A stretch of DNA of 63,900 nucleotides, filler included, from Craspedostauros australis (GCA_030167865.1; 15 parts of 15 records of this genome joined end to end with filler, not necessarily neighbours in it), one strand, 5' to 3'; positions 1 through 13,434 are shown, numbered from the whole stretch's first letter. Notes: generated from the sequence alone by a model not told the origin. Translations and numbers: made by a program.

Positions 1-1
1 C

Positions 2-391
2 TTCTCCAGGAAACAACAAACATCCATCACAACATCAACATACAGCGCGGAATTCAAGGCGATGAGATCGGTGAACGAGGAGACCATTTCACTCAGATAC
101 GCACTCCGATCGCTGGGAGTCCAAGTCAAGTCTTCGGCTATCACATTATGCGACAGCAATGATGTGATCTCAAACAAGACGATCGCAGACAGCCTACTAC
201 AAAAGAAGCGTGTGGCAATATCATTCCACAAAGTGCGCAAGTCTGTGGAAGCCGATATACTGGTTCCAGTATACGTTTCATCAGCACAGAACTTCGCGGA
301 TATGCTCACAAAGGCATTGGCGCGGCCAACACTAACCACTTNCGTCACAGCTCTGTTCTACAGGGGTCATCCTCAAGATCAAGGGGCATGA
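2..391 (+). mobile_element. Ty1/copia pol C-terminus (RNase H domain), 5'-truncated by window edge
   Basis: Frame from base 2 reads FSRKQQTSITTSTYSAEFKAM...LRYALRSLGV...LCDSNDVI...KKRVAISFHKVR...NFADMLTKAL, matching the copia RNase H motifs (ST.EAE, CDN, ADMLTKAL). Confidence 0.9.
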
Positions 392-1332
392 CAGCTTTCG
401 CTGTACATCATACCTTTTACTATTCGTATTAATCGGAAATACTGGTCAGAGATCGTCGTCGAACGACTCACAATACAACAACAAGAGCTCCGACCAGGGC
501 ACGCAACAACGGGCCAATACGTCTTCAGTAGTTACTTGTGCAGTTTGACAATTGATACCAAAATACAAAGCCAAGAGGAGAGCAGATGAACAATGGCCAG
601 AAGCCAACAATGGCTGTTGGCGACGACTAGCAGAGAGGAGGTCCNNNNNNNNNNNNNNNNNNNNNNNNNNNNNNNNNNNNNNNNNNNNNNNNNNNNNNNN
701 NNNNNNNNNNNNNNNNNNNNNNNNNNGACATATGGAGGGAAGGCAGTGTGTGCTGATTGGGATGAGGACGATGCTCAACGTCCCAGTGCATGAACAGCGG
801 CAGAACCGAGGACAAGACAGTGTGAAAGTCAAGCTGGGGGTCAAGATCTGGATTACCCACCAACCCAAAACTCTAGATTTCGACCACTGATCCACGGTCC
901 AGACGAAGTAGCAGCCTCATCATGCCTACCGCTACCACGCAATCCTCAACAATTCATCGAAACGGACCACCTCACCCACGCGAAATGTGGGAGCGTCGAT
1001 AATAGACACTACTGGACAGCAAGCCGAAGCACGACTGGCGATTCGGAATCGCATTTGTCCCTCGACGTCTGCATGCTTGGCGTTTTTAGACGTAGACTAG
1101 TGCGAAAAATATAAACTTTTTAACTACGGCGCCCAGGACCTTGTTACTTCACACATATACTCTCTACAACATAATAGGATGATCTAAGTGTTTATCTCAA
1201 AAATCCGCAAATGACTACATGAGAACCCTGAACGGGGTCATACGACAATTATTCACAAGTATTCTACTCGTATGTTTCATATATTACAACCAACTCTATT
1301 GGCAGTCAACCACACGGCATCCCCAACCGCGC

Positions 1333-2973
1333 TTACTTCTTGGCCAGACTGCGACGGCACATCGCAACGCGAGCCTTGGCGACGTCGTTGGGCACCTCGA
1401 TCCACCAATCTTCCGCGTGCTTCTTGAGAAATCGGATGCCCCGCGTCTGCTGCAGCATCTGTACGAGCTGCTCCGACGATGGTTGGCAGTTCTGCTGCTG
1501 CTCGAACTCCATGATGGATTGCTGCACCCAGAATCGGAATTGGATGTTGCCTTCATGCTTCTGATACGGCGTGCCGCGCCCGATGAGCAAATCGGTGGTG
1601 CGCACGGACCAAACGACAGGGAGGTCATCATCGTTGCGTCCATGATTGTGATTGCTCTTGGTGCCATCGCCGTTGCCTTGGCCATTGCTGGTTCCATCTG
1701 GATGACTATCAGCAGTGCCATCGCAATTGCAACTGCTACTTCCATTTCCATCACCATGATCATTGCCTGGCAAACTGGACAGGTAGTCAGCTTCGATTTG
1801 TTTGGAATGCTGGCGCACCTCCTGCACCGTCTTGTCAATGAGGCTGGACTGGAAGGTGCCATTCTCGTCGATGGGCAGGACGGAGAACGAGATGCCGTAG
1901 GACGCAAGAGAGTAACCGCACTCCATCATGGAACCGAAGTGGACCTTCGTGCGCATGCGGAAGTTGCTGGGCATGACAGACAGGAGGAAGGAGAATATGG
2001 GGCGCAGCTGCGTGTTGGGGAACATGTAGTGCAGGCCGGCAACACGGATCGGCATGGTGTCGAGGAAGTCGTACTTCGCCATCTGGACGGAATCATTGAA
2101 GCACGATCTTGGAGCGTCGAAGAAGTTGGCCACGATAATGACGCCCTTGCACTGCGTTTGGACGGTGTACCGGTAGGAGAAGTTGTAAAACCACATGGCC
2201 TGCACGTGGGAGAGAAGCGAGTTGTACCTCCACTGACTGGGCGAGTTGAAGACGATGATCCTGCCTGCCCTGTCCTTGAACTTCTCGTTCATGTAGAAGG
2301 ATCCGCTGAGCAACGACGCCTGCGCATCGGGTGGCAGGTCTTCCCAGTGGATCGTGTGGGCGATCTTCGTCATGCCGAAGAGCTGGTACTTCATCTGAAA
2401 GTGCTTGCAGTACCGCTCGGCCGCCTTCTGAGGGTCCCATTCCGACGAGCGCAGGTAGAGCAACCGCAACTCCGGATCGCGCGCTACCTTCGGGGCCAGG
2501 AAGGACACCCGGTTGTACATCTCCTTGCGGTTGTTGGGCACCTTCGTGATGTTGCTCGCGAGCATCTTGAGACCGTGATCCTTGAGATCGACCGTCTCTT
2601 TCATGGCCATCGGGACGCCATGAATCTCATTCATCATGGACTCGCGCTCCTGCAGCGACATGTTGGTGAGCTCGTTGACAAGCAGCTTTTCGCCATCCAC
2701 CAGTGCTGGATTGGACGCATCGCCGGTGCTCGCGTTGCCGCTGCCGGCCTCATTGTAGAGAAGGTCGGTCGTCTCCGACAGCTCGGGAGGAGAATGTCGT
2801 CCCGATGGCAACGCCGACAGGATGGAAGTTCCAGCGCCTGCCCTGGAGGCGGTATCGTGGCTACTGTGCTGCGGGAGGCAGAGGCATTTGGATACAGATG
2901 CGGACGAGAATGACATCTCGTCCCCAGACGAGCCCTCCGAATGGTGGTCCGATTCTCGCCATGCGCGCTTCAT
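1333..2973 (-). CDS. Diatom-type protein with Sec14/CRAL-TRIO-like domain, G/N/D-rich linker and C-terminal DUF6824-like domain
   Basis: Uninterrupted ORF, probable start MKRAWRES at 2973. Sec14-like motifs LRLLYLRSSEWDPQKAAERY, KDRAGRII, PIRVAGLHY, RTKVHFGS; C-terminal DLLIGRG...HEGNIQFR...RFLKK...WIEV...AKARVA fits DUF6824. Confidence 0.8.
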   Translation of the reverse strand: MKRAWRESDHHSEGSSGDEMSFSSASVSKCLCLPQHSSHDTASRAGAGTSILSALPSGRHSPPELSETTDLLYNEAGSGNASTGDASNPALVDGEKLLVNELTNMSLQERESMMNEIHGVPMAMKETVDLKDHGLKMLASNITKVPNNRKEMYNRVSFLAPKVARDPELRLLYLRSSEWDPQKAAERYCKHFQMKYQLFGMTKIAHTIHWEDLPPDAQASLLSGSFYMNEKFKDRAGRIIVFNSPSQWRYNSLLSHVQAMWFYNFSYRYTVQTQCKGVIIVANFFDAPRSCFNDSVQMAKYDFLDTMPIRVAGLHYMFPNTQLRPIFSFLLSVMPSNFRMRTKVHFGSMMECGYSLASYGISFSVLPIDENGTFQSSLIDKTVQEVRQHSKQIEADYLSSLPGNDHGDGNGSSSCNCDGTADSHPDGTSNGQGNGDGTKSNHNHGRNDDDLPVVWSVRTTDLLIGRGTPYQKHEGNIQFRFWVQQSIMEFEQQQNCQPSSEQLVQMLQQTRGIRFLKKHAEDWWIEVPNDVAKARVAMCRRSLAKK

Positions 2974-5555
2974 CTTTGAGCGTGCTCGAGTGTGCCTTGA
3001 ATGGATGGCACAATAGCTGAATGTAGTTGTTCTGCTGCACCAGTGTGATGGGTCGAATCGAGTGGCTGTCTGACAGAGCGTCTCGTTGAGTATCGCGAGT
3101 ATTGTGCAGCTCCACAACTCTATTGGTATTATATGTAATGCAATAGGTCGTATATAATATTCGTCTCTGGAGAGCGCAGAATATAGGTAGAGAGTATTGT
3201 CGGCACACTCCGACTGGTTGTACTCTACCGAGTTCTCGCAGGCGTGGTTATCTCCTGAATGTGAAGGCACCGCCAAAGCTGAGTCTGAGGGTGCCTTTGC
3301 CGCGCTTCACGTGACTTCACTTGACTTGGAGTGTGGAAGCACGAGCGGAGCCCCCCAGAGCACTATTATGGCTGCAGCGGCCGACCGCGAGGAATGCGAG
3401 GATCGGTGATGCACTCTGAGAGTGTTGCTGTGTGGGTCCAGACTTGGGCGGCACCTTCAATGGTGATGCTGTGTCGGCAAAGGGGGAGCAAAATACTCTG
3501 GAGAGCAGAGTGAGGCAAAGCAGAGTATGGATCGTTGTCTGTTGGAGGAGGTTTGGACTAGATCGTACTGGCCTGTGGTGTCTGCGATCGGCTCTGGATT
3601 TGTTCCTGATTCCTCCTCTAAATGATGCTGTTGCGCGAGTGGTGTGTGGATGCCACCTTGATTCGTCGATTGCTGGTGACCAGGCACTGCCACCTGCGAG
3701 TTGTTTGGATGGATGGCGATGATGGGTGTCGACAACTGGGTGCTGTGCAACTTCGACTGCGTGTATCTCTTGTCTGCCTCTTGGATGCTGTCGCTGAGTC
3801 ACACCTGAGTTCCGTCCGGCCACCCTCTTCGTTGGCTTGGTACGACTACAACAATAGTGCGTGTTGACATTCATCGGTGTTCGGACTTGGATGCGGTCTC
3901 TCACCTGGCTCGTACTGAAACTGCCGCATGAAGGAACACCAACAACGCACGCCGAATTCGACGGATGTCTTCGGCGAACGAAATCGTGGTGTTTGCTTCT
4001 TCTTCGGAATTATTACGAAGTGTCGCATCTGATGTCTGAACGATAAGAACCAGATTGTTTCAGTCGTTGATATATTGAGGCTATAAATGTACATATCGAG
4101 TCACGTTCATGACTCGTTCGTCTCTCTGCCCAATCATCAATTCGCGAACGATCAGAAAAAGAGGACTGGCGAAACGCGGCGACTCGCGACCAAAAAACAG
4201 CACAACAGTCCCAAGGAGGATGCCCGAAGCCTGAATGCCACAGAGAAGTATCAATGAGTCCCTTGGCGCTGGTGCTGGGGGTTGTTTCATCCACGGAGCT
4301 TGGCACACGAAACTGCAGCTCAGACGACAAAAGTAAGAACGAGCTGGTCGAACGACTATGGTTGTGGGCATGAATGTACTCGTGGAGAAGGTAAAACACA
4401 ACACCGCACAGCAGCCCTGTGGGGCAGAGAAGCAGCAGAGAATCAACCGAAGCAAGGGAAAACCGCCTCAAGTAGATGCAAGAGGCAACTTCTGGAGTCG
4501 CATCATGAGGAGAAGTCGTGGGACGTACATGACACTGAAAAACGCTTCAAAGTTGGCGCAGCGCTCCGCGACCTTGGCATCACCTTGCTGCATCCCTGAT
4601 CACGACGTCTCGTACCCGAGTTTCAGGTGCCACCACTCTTCAAAGGGATGTATGACACTATTCTCCCATCCAAAGATCGTGCTCATCTATTGCGGCTCGG
4701 ACCCACGCTGCGAGTACTGCAGGACATACACTTGCATTTCCGGTCCAGGCCTACGAGTAGCCATGCAGACTCAGCTCTGTCCACATCCGCGAAGGTCTCC
4801 TGTGAAGGGGAGAAGCAGAGGATGCTCTGACATTCAGTTTTGTCTCTGACACTGGAGGTGTTTGCGTGGCTCATAATTTCATAACTGGCGAGGCTGGCGC
4901 GCCCCTATCCCGAGTCACGATCTTAGTCCCGTTAAGGACATCGACTCGATNGATCGTTTTGAGTCGTGTATCTTATCCACGTTTCGTTCTAGATTTACCG
5001 GTTGGCGCCATCGTGCTCTTCATGGCTTTGTTGCCTCCGATTCTTGAGGTGTTTCCCTAACTACTTCAGATGTTCTTCATGTGCTTCCAACTTGCTCGCG
5101 TGCCACACGCGCCAGGGTGTCTTCCGATCGTCTATGTATTGCATCTTTCATGNNNNNNNNNNNNNNNNNNNNNNNNNNNNNNNNNNNNNNNNNNNNNNNN
5201 NNNNNNNNNNNNNNNNNNNNNNNNNNNNNNNNNNNNNNNNNNNNNNNNNNNNNNNNNNNNNNNNNNNNNNNNNNNNNNNNNNNNNNNNNNNNNNNNNNNN
5301 NNNNNNNNNNNNNNNNNNNNNNNNNNNNNNNNNNNNNNNNNNNNTTAATTCGCATCGTCGTTGCATGTCTGCTTTCCTTCATCCTCCAATTTGCTTTCCC
5401 TGTATCTGCTCCACCATCCACGGAGCACTGCACTGCATCAATCGGTCCATACATCCGGAAAATTGACACATACTTCGCGTTCACCTTCGATTGATCCATC
5501 CATCCACCCATTCATACAATCCATCCACCCGCCCACTCTCATCATCATCGTCGCC

Positions 5556-6717
5556 ATGACGCCAACACCATACTCCTGTGAAGATCTCTTCCGTCCTTCC
5601 TCCGAAGGCCGATCCTACCATGACGATGTCGCTTGGTTTTACCGAGTCTTCGTCACTGGCATCGCTCCACCGAAGGAGGTACCACCACTTGAGCGAGTCA
5701 TCGCTGGTATCAATCACTGCGAAGGCGTGGAAGACGAACGTGGCAGCAACATTCTCGCCTCCCTTCGCATGACACCACAGAAGAAGCTCTGGCCTGGATG
5801 CTCTGCTCTACCATCGACCCTTGCAGCCCAACTCTGGCAAGCAGCCGATCAAACAGCATCCATCACATCCGAATCTTCTTGGTGCTCCGCTCCCAGTGAG
5901 TCTGGCAATACGGATGTGCCAGTTGTCATCACAGCGCCTGTGGCCAGCGCAGATCTCTCCAGACCCAAAGGTCGAAAGATCGGATCCACCAAGTGGACCG
6001 ACAAAGAAATCCACCTCTTNNNNNNNNNNNNNNNNNNNNNNNNNNNNNNNNNNNNNNNNNNNNNNNNNNNNNNNNNNNNNNNNNNNNNNNNNNNNNNNNN
6101 NNNNNNNCCATCTGCTTGCGCTTCGCACCAAGCCAACCGGATCATCGCACATCCCTGGTGATGTGCAGTGGGCGCAACAGATTCATGAGAATATCCGAAC
6201 AAAGGAATCGATCGGATTCTCTGGCCTCAATGATGAGGAGTTTGAGCGCATTGCTGACGAGGTGGACAACACCGTCGCTGCTACCACTGCCACCACCATC
6301 GAAGGCAACACCGCAGCCTCCATCGCGGAGCTCGTCGAGAAGCAGGCTGGCAAGCTCAGCAGGGCCCGTATCGCAACGGGTCTCTTCTCTGCTGAAGGAA
6401 CTCCAGTTCGTCCCCTTCCACGCAAGCGCAAGGCCGATATGCTGGCATCGACCATGCTCGACATGCATAACTCGACAAATGAGTTGTCGAACAAGCTCTC
6501 AGGGTGCCTTGGGGAGCTCATCAGTGTGATGAAGGCTCCTCCTCCAAACCACAGCACTGATGATAGCAACAAGCGCCTTGATGCCATGGGCAGGAAGTGC
6601 GCCATGCTCGAAAAAACGTGCACAGAGTTGAAGGAGGCCAACTCCGATCTCAAGGTCGCTTGTGGTGGCCTCTCTCAACAACTCAATGCCATGTTCGACT
6701 ACATGAAGAACAACTAN
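5556..6717 (+). CDS. DUF6818-like (Myb/SANT-like) protein with C-terminal coiled coil, interrupted by a sequence gap; possibly transposon-associated
   Basis: GRKIGSTKWTDKEIHL before the gap and LALRTKPTGSSHIPGDVQWAQQI after it resemble the DUF6818 pattern (GR..G...Y...E; KPTG...P..V..AK.I). Heptad-like C-terminus LDAMGRKCAMLEKTCTELKEANSDLK. End is uncertain because of N bases. Confidence 0.6.
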
Positions 6718-6953
6718 GCCANCCTTCCTATTCCTANCAGTACATGTAAACATCATAGTCACCATTTCTAGTATCATTCTGAAGTTGTGTATGCATGCAT
6801 GTGACAGTTGTAGTGATTGTTGTGAAACCAATGTGACACTAAAAATGGTTGTGCATTTATCGCATGTCGATCCCAACACAAATTTCGTGATACAGAAGCA
6901 AAACAGACCTGGCGAAAAATATGACATAATCCAATCGCGTGGAGCACACCGCT

Positions 6954-7053
6954 NNNNNNNNNNNNNNNNNNNNNNNNNNNNNNNNNNNNNNNNNNNNTTA
7001 ATTAATTAANNNNNNNNNNNNNNNNNNNNNNNNNNNNNNNNNNNNNNNNNNNN
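6954..7053. other. Artificial scaffold-joining spacer (N run + TTAATTAATTAA + N run); first of 14
   Basis: Same 12-mer, with stops in all six frames, at 6998, 9114, 13379, 15631, 23714, 31056, 36023, 37622, 49578, 53656, 56335, 58747, 60949 and 62720, each centred in a run of N. Confidence 0.97.
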
Positions 7054-9069
7054 GGACAGGCAAACCAACTGTAAGCGTCGCTACGAGGCGCCAACGGTGG
7101 ACCAAAGGCCCTCGGCAATGTCCCTGCTGATGGACAGTGTCTTCTGCCGACTTCCGACCCACATGCAGGTGCTCGTCGTGAAGTCTGCGCTTTACTTCCG
7201 CAAACACGGCAAGCCAATCAACGAGGACACGCCCAAGAACCTCAAACNAGCGGAGTACGCAAAGAACCTCCAACTTCCCACCATGTGAAGATCTCACAAG
7301 AGAGCCTGGACCAAAGTGTCCCCANCGTGCAGTGGAAAGGAATACGGACCATGCGACAACAGCTCGTGACAATCAATGACAGACACAACTCGCCGCCAGT
7401 CGGAGATCATCATACATATCAAGCCCCGCGACTGTAGGGGGAGACGCGCGCAGCTGTGGAGAGAAGACCCAGGTGTGCACGCCTGGAGGTACTACAAGAG
7501 TTGGCGCCAAGTGGAACCCACCCGACTGTCCACCACTTTCTTTGCAGGGCAAGAGCAACAAGCAGTAGCCAAGGCTACATCGTTTGACTCAGGGGTGGAC
7601 AGCGACATTGTACATGAATCCNGATGGGTGGTGACCCAACAACNCCAACAGACGTTCCATGCTCACGGGGCAACAATGGCCTCACCAATCAAGGCATTCC
7701 AGATGGTCGACGCGGTGNCAGTATATGAATCTCCAACAGGCGATGTGATCCTCATCAAGGCAAAATATGTGGCTCTGGATAAGCACCCACATCAGATGGA
7801 ATCATTGTTTAAGACACATCACATGCGCGTGCCTGGACTGAATGTATACAATTGCCTCATCCAACACCAGGGGCAACAGCGCATTGCATCAGGTGACACC
7901 AGCATCCCACGGGCCAACCATGGTGGCAACACCCTGCGCATCCCCATTTGGAAATTCACAGCTCATGAGCTAAAACTCAATAATCATGTCACGATATGCN
8001 ACCGACACCAGCGCCTTNGGCGNAATAACCAGGGAATCCATTTCACCGACATGATCAAACACTTCCCACACCAGGTTGTCGAGAAGACAATGGCGGCATC
8101 CACCCAACTGGCGGACAGACCAATCGAGACAGAGTCACGACTCATCCCATGGCAGTACCGAACACAATGAGCTGGAGTGCTCCAGCCGCAATGAATCCAA
8201 GGCAGAGTCAATANNNNNNNNNNNNNNNNNNNNNNNNNNNNNNNNNNNNNNNNNNNNNNNNNNTCCAGCCGCAATGAATCCAAGGCAGAGTCAATACGGA
8301 CCCCTTCTTTTCCACAGTGCAATCAATTTGGCATTCCAAGTGCTTCCGACTCTTTGTCCACAGCAAACCAAAATTCATCTGGGCGAAGCCGCTCCAAAGA
8401 GAGGCAATGGCGCCAGGGGCGCTCATGGACTTCATCCTCAATGTCGACGCACNNNNNNNNNNNNNNNNNNNNNNNNNNNNNNNNNNNNNNNNNNNNNNNN
8501 NNNNNNNNNNNNNNNNNNNNNNNNNNNNNNNNNNNNNNNNNNNNNNNNNNNNNNNNNNNNNNNNNNAACAGAGCGGAACGCATGATCGGCGACATCAAGT
8601 GGCATGCTTATCAGTTGATATGGGCGGCATCCGCGCCACTCGAATTCTGATGTTTGCATTGCAGCATGCCATCGACGTGTGGGACTAGATGGACAAGGGC
8701 AGCATCCAGTGGAGGACACCAATTGAACTTGTCCATAGCAACATGCCCGACATTTCCATGTTCCGATCCACTTTCTTCCGTCCTGTGTTGTTCTTNNGGC
8801 CAATGACAAAGTTCCCTGAGCATCCATTCAAACCNGGCTATATCCTGGGCATCGCGTGAATTCACGGGGATCCATTCACTTACCATATCTGGTTGCCACA
8901 AGACGAGGATATCAAGTGGGGCACAGTCCTCATGTGCAACATTGCCAAGCCGCGTATTCTGGAATACACAGACACTCTGCACATCAGCAATGGAGACATA
9001 CAACGAATCGCAAGGCTCAACCTCATTGACGCAACCACAAACAGCGCTTCGGGTGGCAGGGCATGAGCA
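7054..9069 (+). pseudogene. Degenerate copia family E fragment: gag end, protease, integrase
   Basis: Colinear paralogue of 58803-60904 (DSVFCRLP, DSGVDSDIVHES, YESPTGDVILIKA, QVVEKTMAASTQLADRPI). Integrase-like QNRAERMIGDIK near 8570. Frameshifts and stops present. Confidence 0.85.
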
Positions 9070-9669
9070 NNNNNNNNNNNNNNNNNNNNNNNNNNNNNNN
9101 NNNNNNNNNNNNNTTAATTAATTAANNNNNNNNNNNNNNNNNNNNNNNNNNNNNNNNNNNNNNNNNNNNTGCTGTGGGCGGGGCCTGCCGCCGAGGAACT
9201 CTCGGTTGGACTCTCAGGAGCGACATCACCATCACCCTGGACTCATGTGCAAGTGATAGTTCCTGCGAAGAGGTTTTGAAGGATGCCATCATCCTCAGCA
9301 GCTGTCTGGGACCAAAATCCTGCAAGAATCTTGGATCTTNNNNNNNNNNNNNNNNNNNNNNNNNNNNNNNNNNNNNNNNNNNNNNNNNNNNNNNNNNNNN
9401 NNNNNNNNNNNNNNNNNNNNNNNNNNNNNNNNNNNNNNNNNNNNNNNNNNNNNGGACCCAACACGCAGGATGAAATGGCGGGGACGGCTGCAAAGGCCTT
9501 GGAATTTGCGCCGACCAGTCTCCCAGTATCGCCACACCTACGCTTGCCAACATCGACGTGGGGATGAATAATAATAACTCAAGGATTACATTAGAAATGT
9601 GCTCTGTAGGCTTTATCCTCGCCTCCACTGGCCCCGTAAGGCCAAGCTTCGAACGAGCCGTCGGACACC

Positions 9670-12600
9670 TCAACCCGTCAGGCCGAGCCAACTACTCATG
9701 AGCTGCCTCTCGTTCTGCATGGTGCGCGCCCGTCGCCGGGCAGACACTCTTGCATGAACTGCCGTCACGTCAAGTATCCATTGCCGCATCTGCGACTCCG
9801 CTGCGTATTCCATCTGGTGCCCCTCACGAAGGAGCACCACCTCCGCCTCTGTCATGTCCTGGCTGACACCACCAGTCAACCTCCGCACCTGCCTCCGAAG
9901 ATCCGCAAGCGATGGGTGTTGGTCTGCGTCATGTACCTTCGCATTGCGCGCCAACCAGACTCCCCATGGCACTTTCCAAACCCAACGCACCACCTCCTTC
10001 ATCCACGCCAAGTCGTCATGATATCGACACTCGTGACTCTTCATCCACTGGGCTTGTTGTCGTCGCCAATCCTTGTGGAAGAATCCCAGCATCAACGGAT
10101 ACCACCCGATGCCTTTTTGGATGCCTGCCACCTCCTGACGCCGTCGCCAACGGACCAACCCAACGCGCATGTTCGCCACTAGCCTTGGTGCCGTACCAAT
10201 GGCCAGCATTCTGTCAAACAGCTCCTGGGTCACCTGACTCCACTCGGCCTCATGTTCACCGCATCTCAGGACATGTTGTGTGGTTTCCTCAGACCCGCAA
10301 AAGTTACACTTCGCGCTGTCCTGCTGTCCCATTTGCTTCATCTTGCGACCCACGCCCACAAACCCGGACGACCACTTGGTCACAAACTTCGCCACTTCCC
10401 GGTTTTTCTTCGCGGCTCTCGAGCCTTGGTAGCCCTCCCAATCAACTTCCCGAGCGATATCCATGCTCCAGCCGAACTTCTTGACCCAATACGCCAAAGT
10501 CGCCGTGGACTGAAGAGTCTTGTATATCTCCGACTGTCCAACGTGCGAAAAGTGCTCCCCGCTGATCTCAAGCGTCCACCGTTGTGTCACCGATTTCCAG
10601 CGTCGAACCCTCCTTCGAGAGGCTGTTACCTCCCAGAAGGCCTTAGCTCGCTTGTCGCATTCGACGTTCAGCCTCTCAAGCATGGACAGGGTCTTACCCG
10701 TATCGTCTTGATGGCCGCGCACCCACTCCCATTTCAGATTGGCACGAATTCTCTTTTTCAGCCGATGGATCTCCACAAGGATATCCCAGTCCTTTTTACT
10801 GGGCCGCACAAAGCTTTCCTGAGCCTGGCGGAGAGCTTGCAACCCATCGAGGGCTATGGTAACCGAGCACCCTTCGTCGAGGCCTGGTATCATATCCAGC
10901 ATCTCGAGGGACGCCCACACTCCTGCGAGTTCGCTTCTGTACGAACTGTGAACCGATGCTGGCCCTGGGACAAAAGTGTTGCACGCCACGTGTTGCTGTG
11001 TGACCTCGTCGAACATAATAGAGCAAGAGGTCCCACGAGCCGCCTTGAACGACCCATCACTCACCAGCAGCAGGGTGTGGTTGCGTGCTGCCGTCAGCAA
11101 TCGATCCCATGTGGCATCGCCACCGAGGTCTTCAACCGGATCGTATGGTATCGCGGGTTCGTCAGGCTCACGTTCCAAGCCAATTCGCCCATCCCATGTA
11201 ATCCCCCGTTCGGTAACCGCCACCACCACTCGATTCACTCGATCCGGAAGCTCCGGTGTCGTCCCTCGCAGTCTGTAAGACTTCAGCCGCCTGCTGTGTT
11301 GCCGTACCGGCACAAACACTCGTATTGGATCGGCATGAGAATCAAAGATCTCATTCGTCAACGCCGACCTCCACCACTGCCATGTCCCGTCATTCTCGTA
11401 CCACCGGCCAAGAGTCGTCAGAAGCAGTCGTCCGCGGTAGCACAGACTCTTGCACCACCGTCTCCATTCCCTCCACCACCCACTAGGCAGATCAGCCGGT
11501 CTGTTGGCCCACTGACTCCCTTGAGTTGGCGCACTCACGCCTTCCAACACCTCTGACGCCAACGACACTCCCGACGCTTCCACGATNTCCGACATTCTGG
11601 CAACCCCCAGCTTCATCCGGCACATGTTCAAGTGGTAGAGCTCAGCACCTTTCTTCCCGTCTCTAATCCACCGGTTCATCAGGAATTCATCTCCTTCGCG
11701 TTGTAAGGTGGGGGCCTCCGTGGTCTCAATGACATTCACACCTGTGTCGTGTAGTTGCCTCCACAGGCCTTTCACCCAACATGGGGTTACACATTGGTGC
11801 ACTCTGTCGAACGGATACGAAAACAAGGAACCACCCACTCCCAACTCTGCCTTGACAGCTTGGATAGAACATGTCAACATGCGGCCCGTCGGTGTATCCC
11901 CATGCACTTCCTCAAACGCCAGCTGTATCTGCTGCACTAGTTGGCGGTGCACCGGATTGGGAACCCCGAGTCCTCCGAGCGAAACTGGGGCGTAGACCAG
12001 GTCTCTGGGGAATGTTCTGGAGCATCCCATCTGCGGTAGTGCCGCCAGCAACGCCGGTGCCATAATCCTTCGCCATTGGGCCGCCGTGAGCTGGGTTATC
12101 CCCATCACATATTCGATTGATTTGATGAACCGAAGCACGAGAGCACACCGCGCGTCCTCCTGGGAAAGCTGGGATCGCCTCATTTTGCCGGCAAAATCTT
12201 CCGCCTTCTTTCGGAGCACTTGGATCTGCTGCTCCTCGCTCTCATCGAATGACAGGAACACTCCGAGTGTGAACAATGGCTGCTCCAGGGGTCGGCGCGG
12301 AACGTCTCGGCGCTCCCCGTCCCCGTCCTTGATGGCTATCCCCTCGCTCTCCGTCCCGTCCTTCCATCGCCACTGACCGTTTTCAAACTGGGGAAACATA
12401 GACCACCACGCTGATTTCTCTGGGACAATTGCTCCTCCCGTAACTCGTAGCAGCTCGCTCCAGTCATGCACCATTTCTGCGAAGTTCTCTGCCGTCGCCA
12501 TCGCGTCTCGACCCAACACGACCAGATCGGTGCCATCCACAAACGCAGACCCCAGAATATCGAAGGACCCTTCGCTGCTTGGGTATGCAATGGTCTGTTT

Positions 12601-13334
12601 GTGGCCCCTCTTCTCCATGGCTTTGAACATTACCGAGCTGATGACAGCCCAAATCGCAGGTCCTGCTCCGTTCCCTTGTCCTATGCCATGCATGCAACAG
12701 TCGATTCCACTGCTGTAGGACCGCTTCGAAACTCCGTAGGCCGTGCTAATGCGATGCTCGGCATCTCGAAGAGTTCGGAACATACATCTTGTTGCTGACG
12801 GGTTGGCTCCTGCTGCAATCATTACGGTCGCCGCAAAATTGGGAACTATGCGGTCGTAACACGACTTCGCATCGTTGGAGCAAAACCAGATTGGCACCTT
12901 CTTTTGTTTGCCAATGTCAATGCTCACTCTCTTGTTGAGTGCAGCGCTGATGGCCGATCGACCCTTCCTGCTCCCAAACTGAAACTCGGACAACCACCCG
13001 CGCTCTTCTGCGGTGGCCATCATTTGTCGTCCCAGCCTCTTGTTATTGAGGTTGAATTGAGCATCCATCAGTTGTATGGTTCTCATCTTCTCAATGTTAA
13101 ACACTTGCGCCTTTTTCAGGATCTCCACATCCGTGACACGTTGCCACTCTGCCGGTGAATGGCCTGTTTGATACGGTATTTCACGCATAGCCATGTCCAC
13201 CTCCGCAAGAGTCTCATCCCATACCGCCGACTTGTAGTGCCCAAAGTGTGGATTACTTGGCTCGGAGTTGGTGAGCTCAGTTTGTTTTTTCCACGCCTTC
13301 ACGTGTTCCTTGACTGTGAGCTCGTCCACGTCAC
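9670..13334 (-). mobile_element. Non-LTR retrotransposon ORF2 (RT + RNase H + CCHC finger), Ambal-like; 5'-truncated by scaffold end
   Basis: 1219-aa ORF with RT motifs QFGSRKGRSA, SNDAKSCYDRI, GIGQGNGAGPAIW, AFVDGTDL; RNase H motifs VSDGSF, SYRSELAG, WVRGHQDD, LNVECDKRAK; CNFCGSEETTQHVLRC finger. Short 3' UTR ends in TTATTATTATT at 9567-9577. Clade assignment is from recall only. Confidence 0.88.
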
Positions 13335-13434
13335 NNNNNNNNNNNNNNNNNNNNNNNNNNNNNNNNNNNNNNNNNNNNTTAATTAATTAANNNNNNNNNN
13401 NNNNNNNNNNNNNNNNNNNNNNNNNNNNNNNNNN

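Noticed and set aside
1219..2913. 564-aa antisense ORF (likewise 10252-11556, 51355-52491 and alternate frames of the PTSA repeat)
   Set aside because: Shadow ORFs of codon-biased or repetitive genes; no recognisable motifs.
3300..4900. Short ORFs here and at 20900-22900
   Set aside because: No recognisable domains or consistent codon bias; left unannotated.
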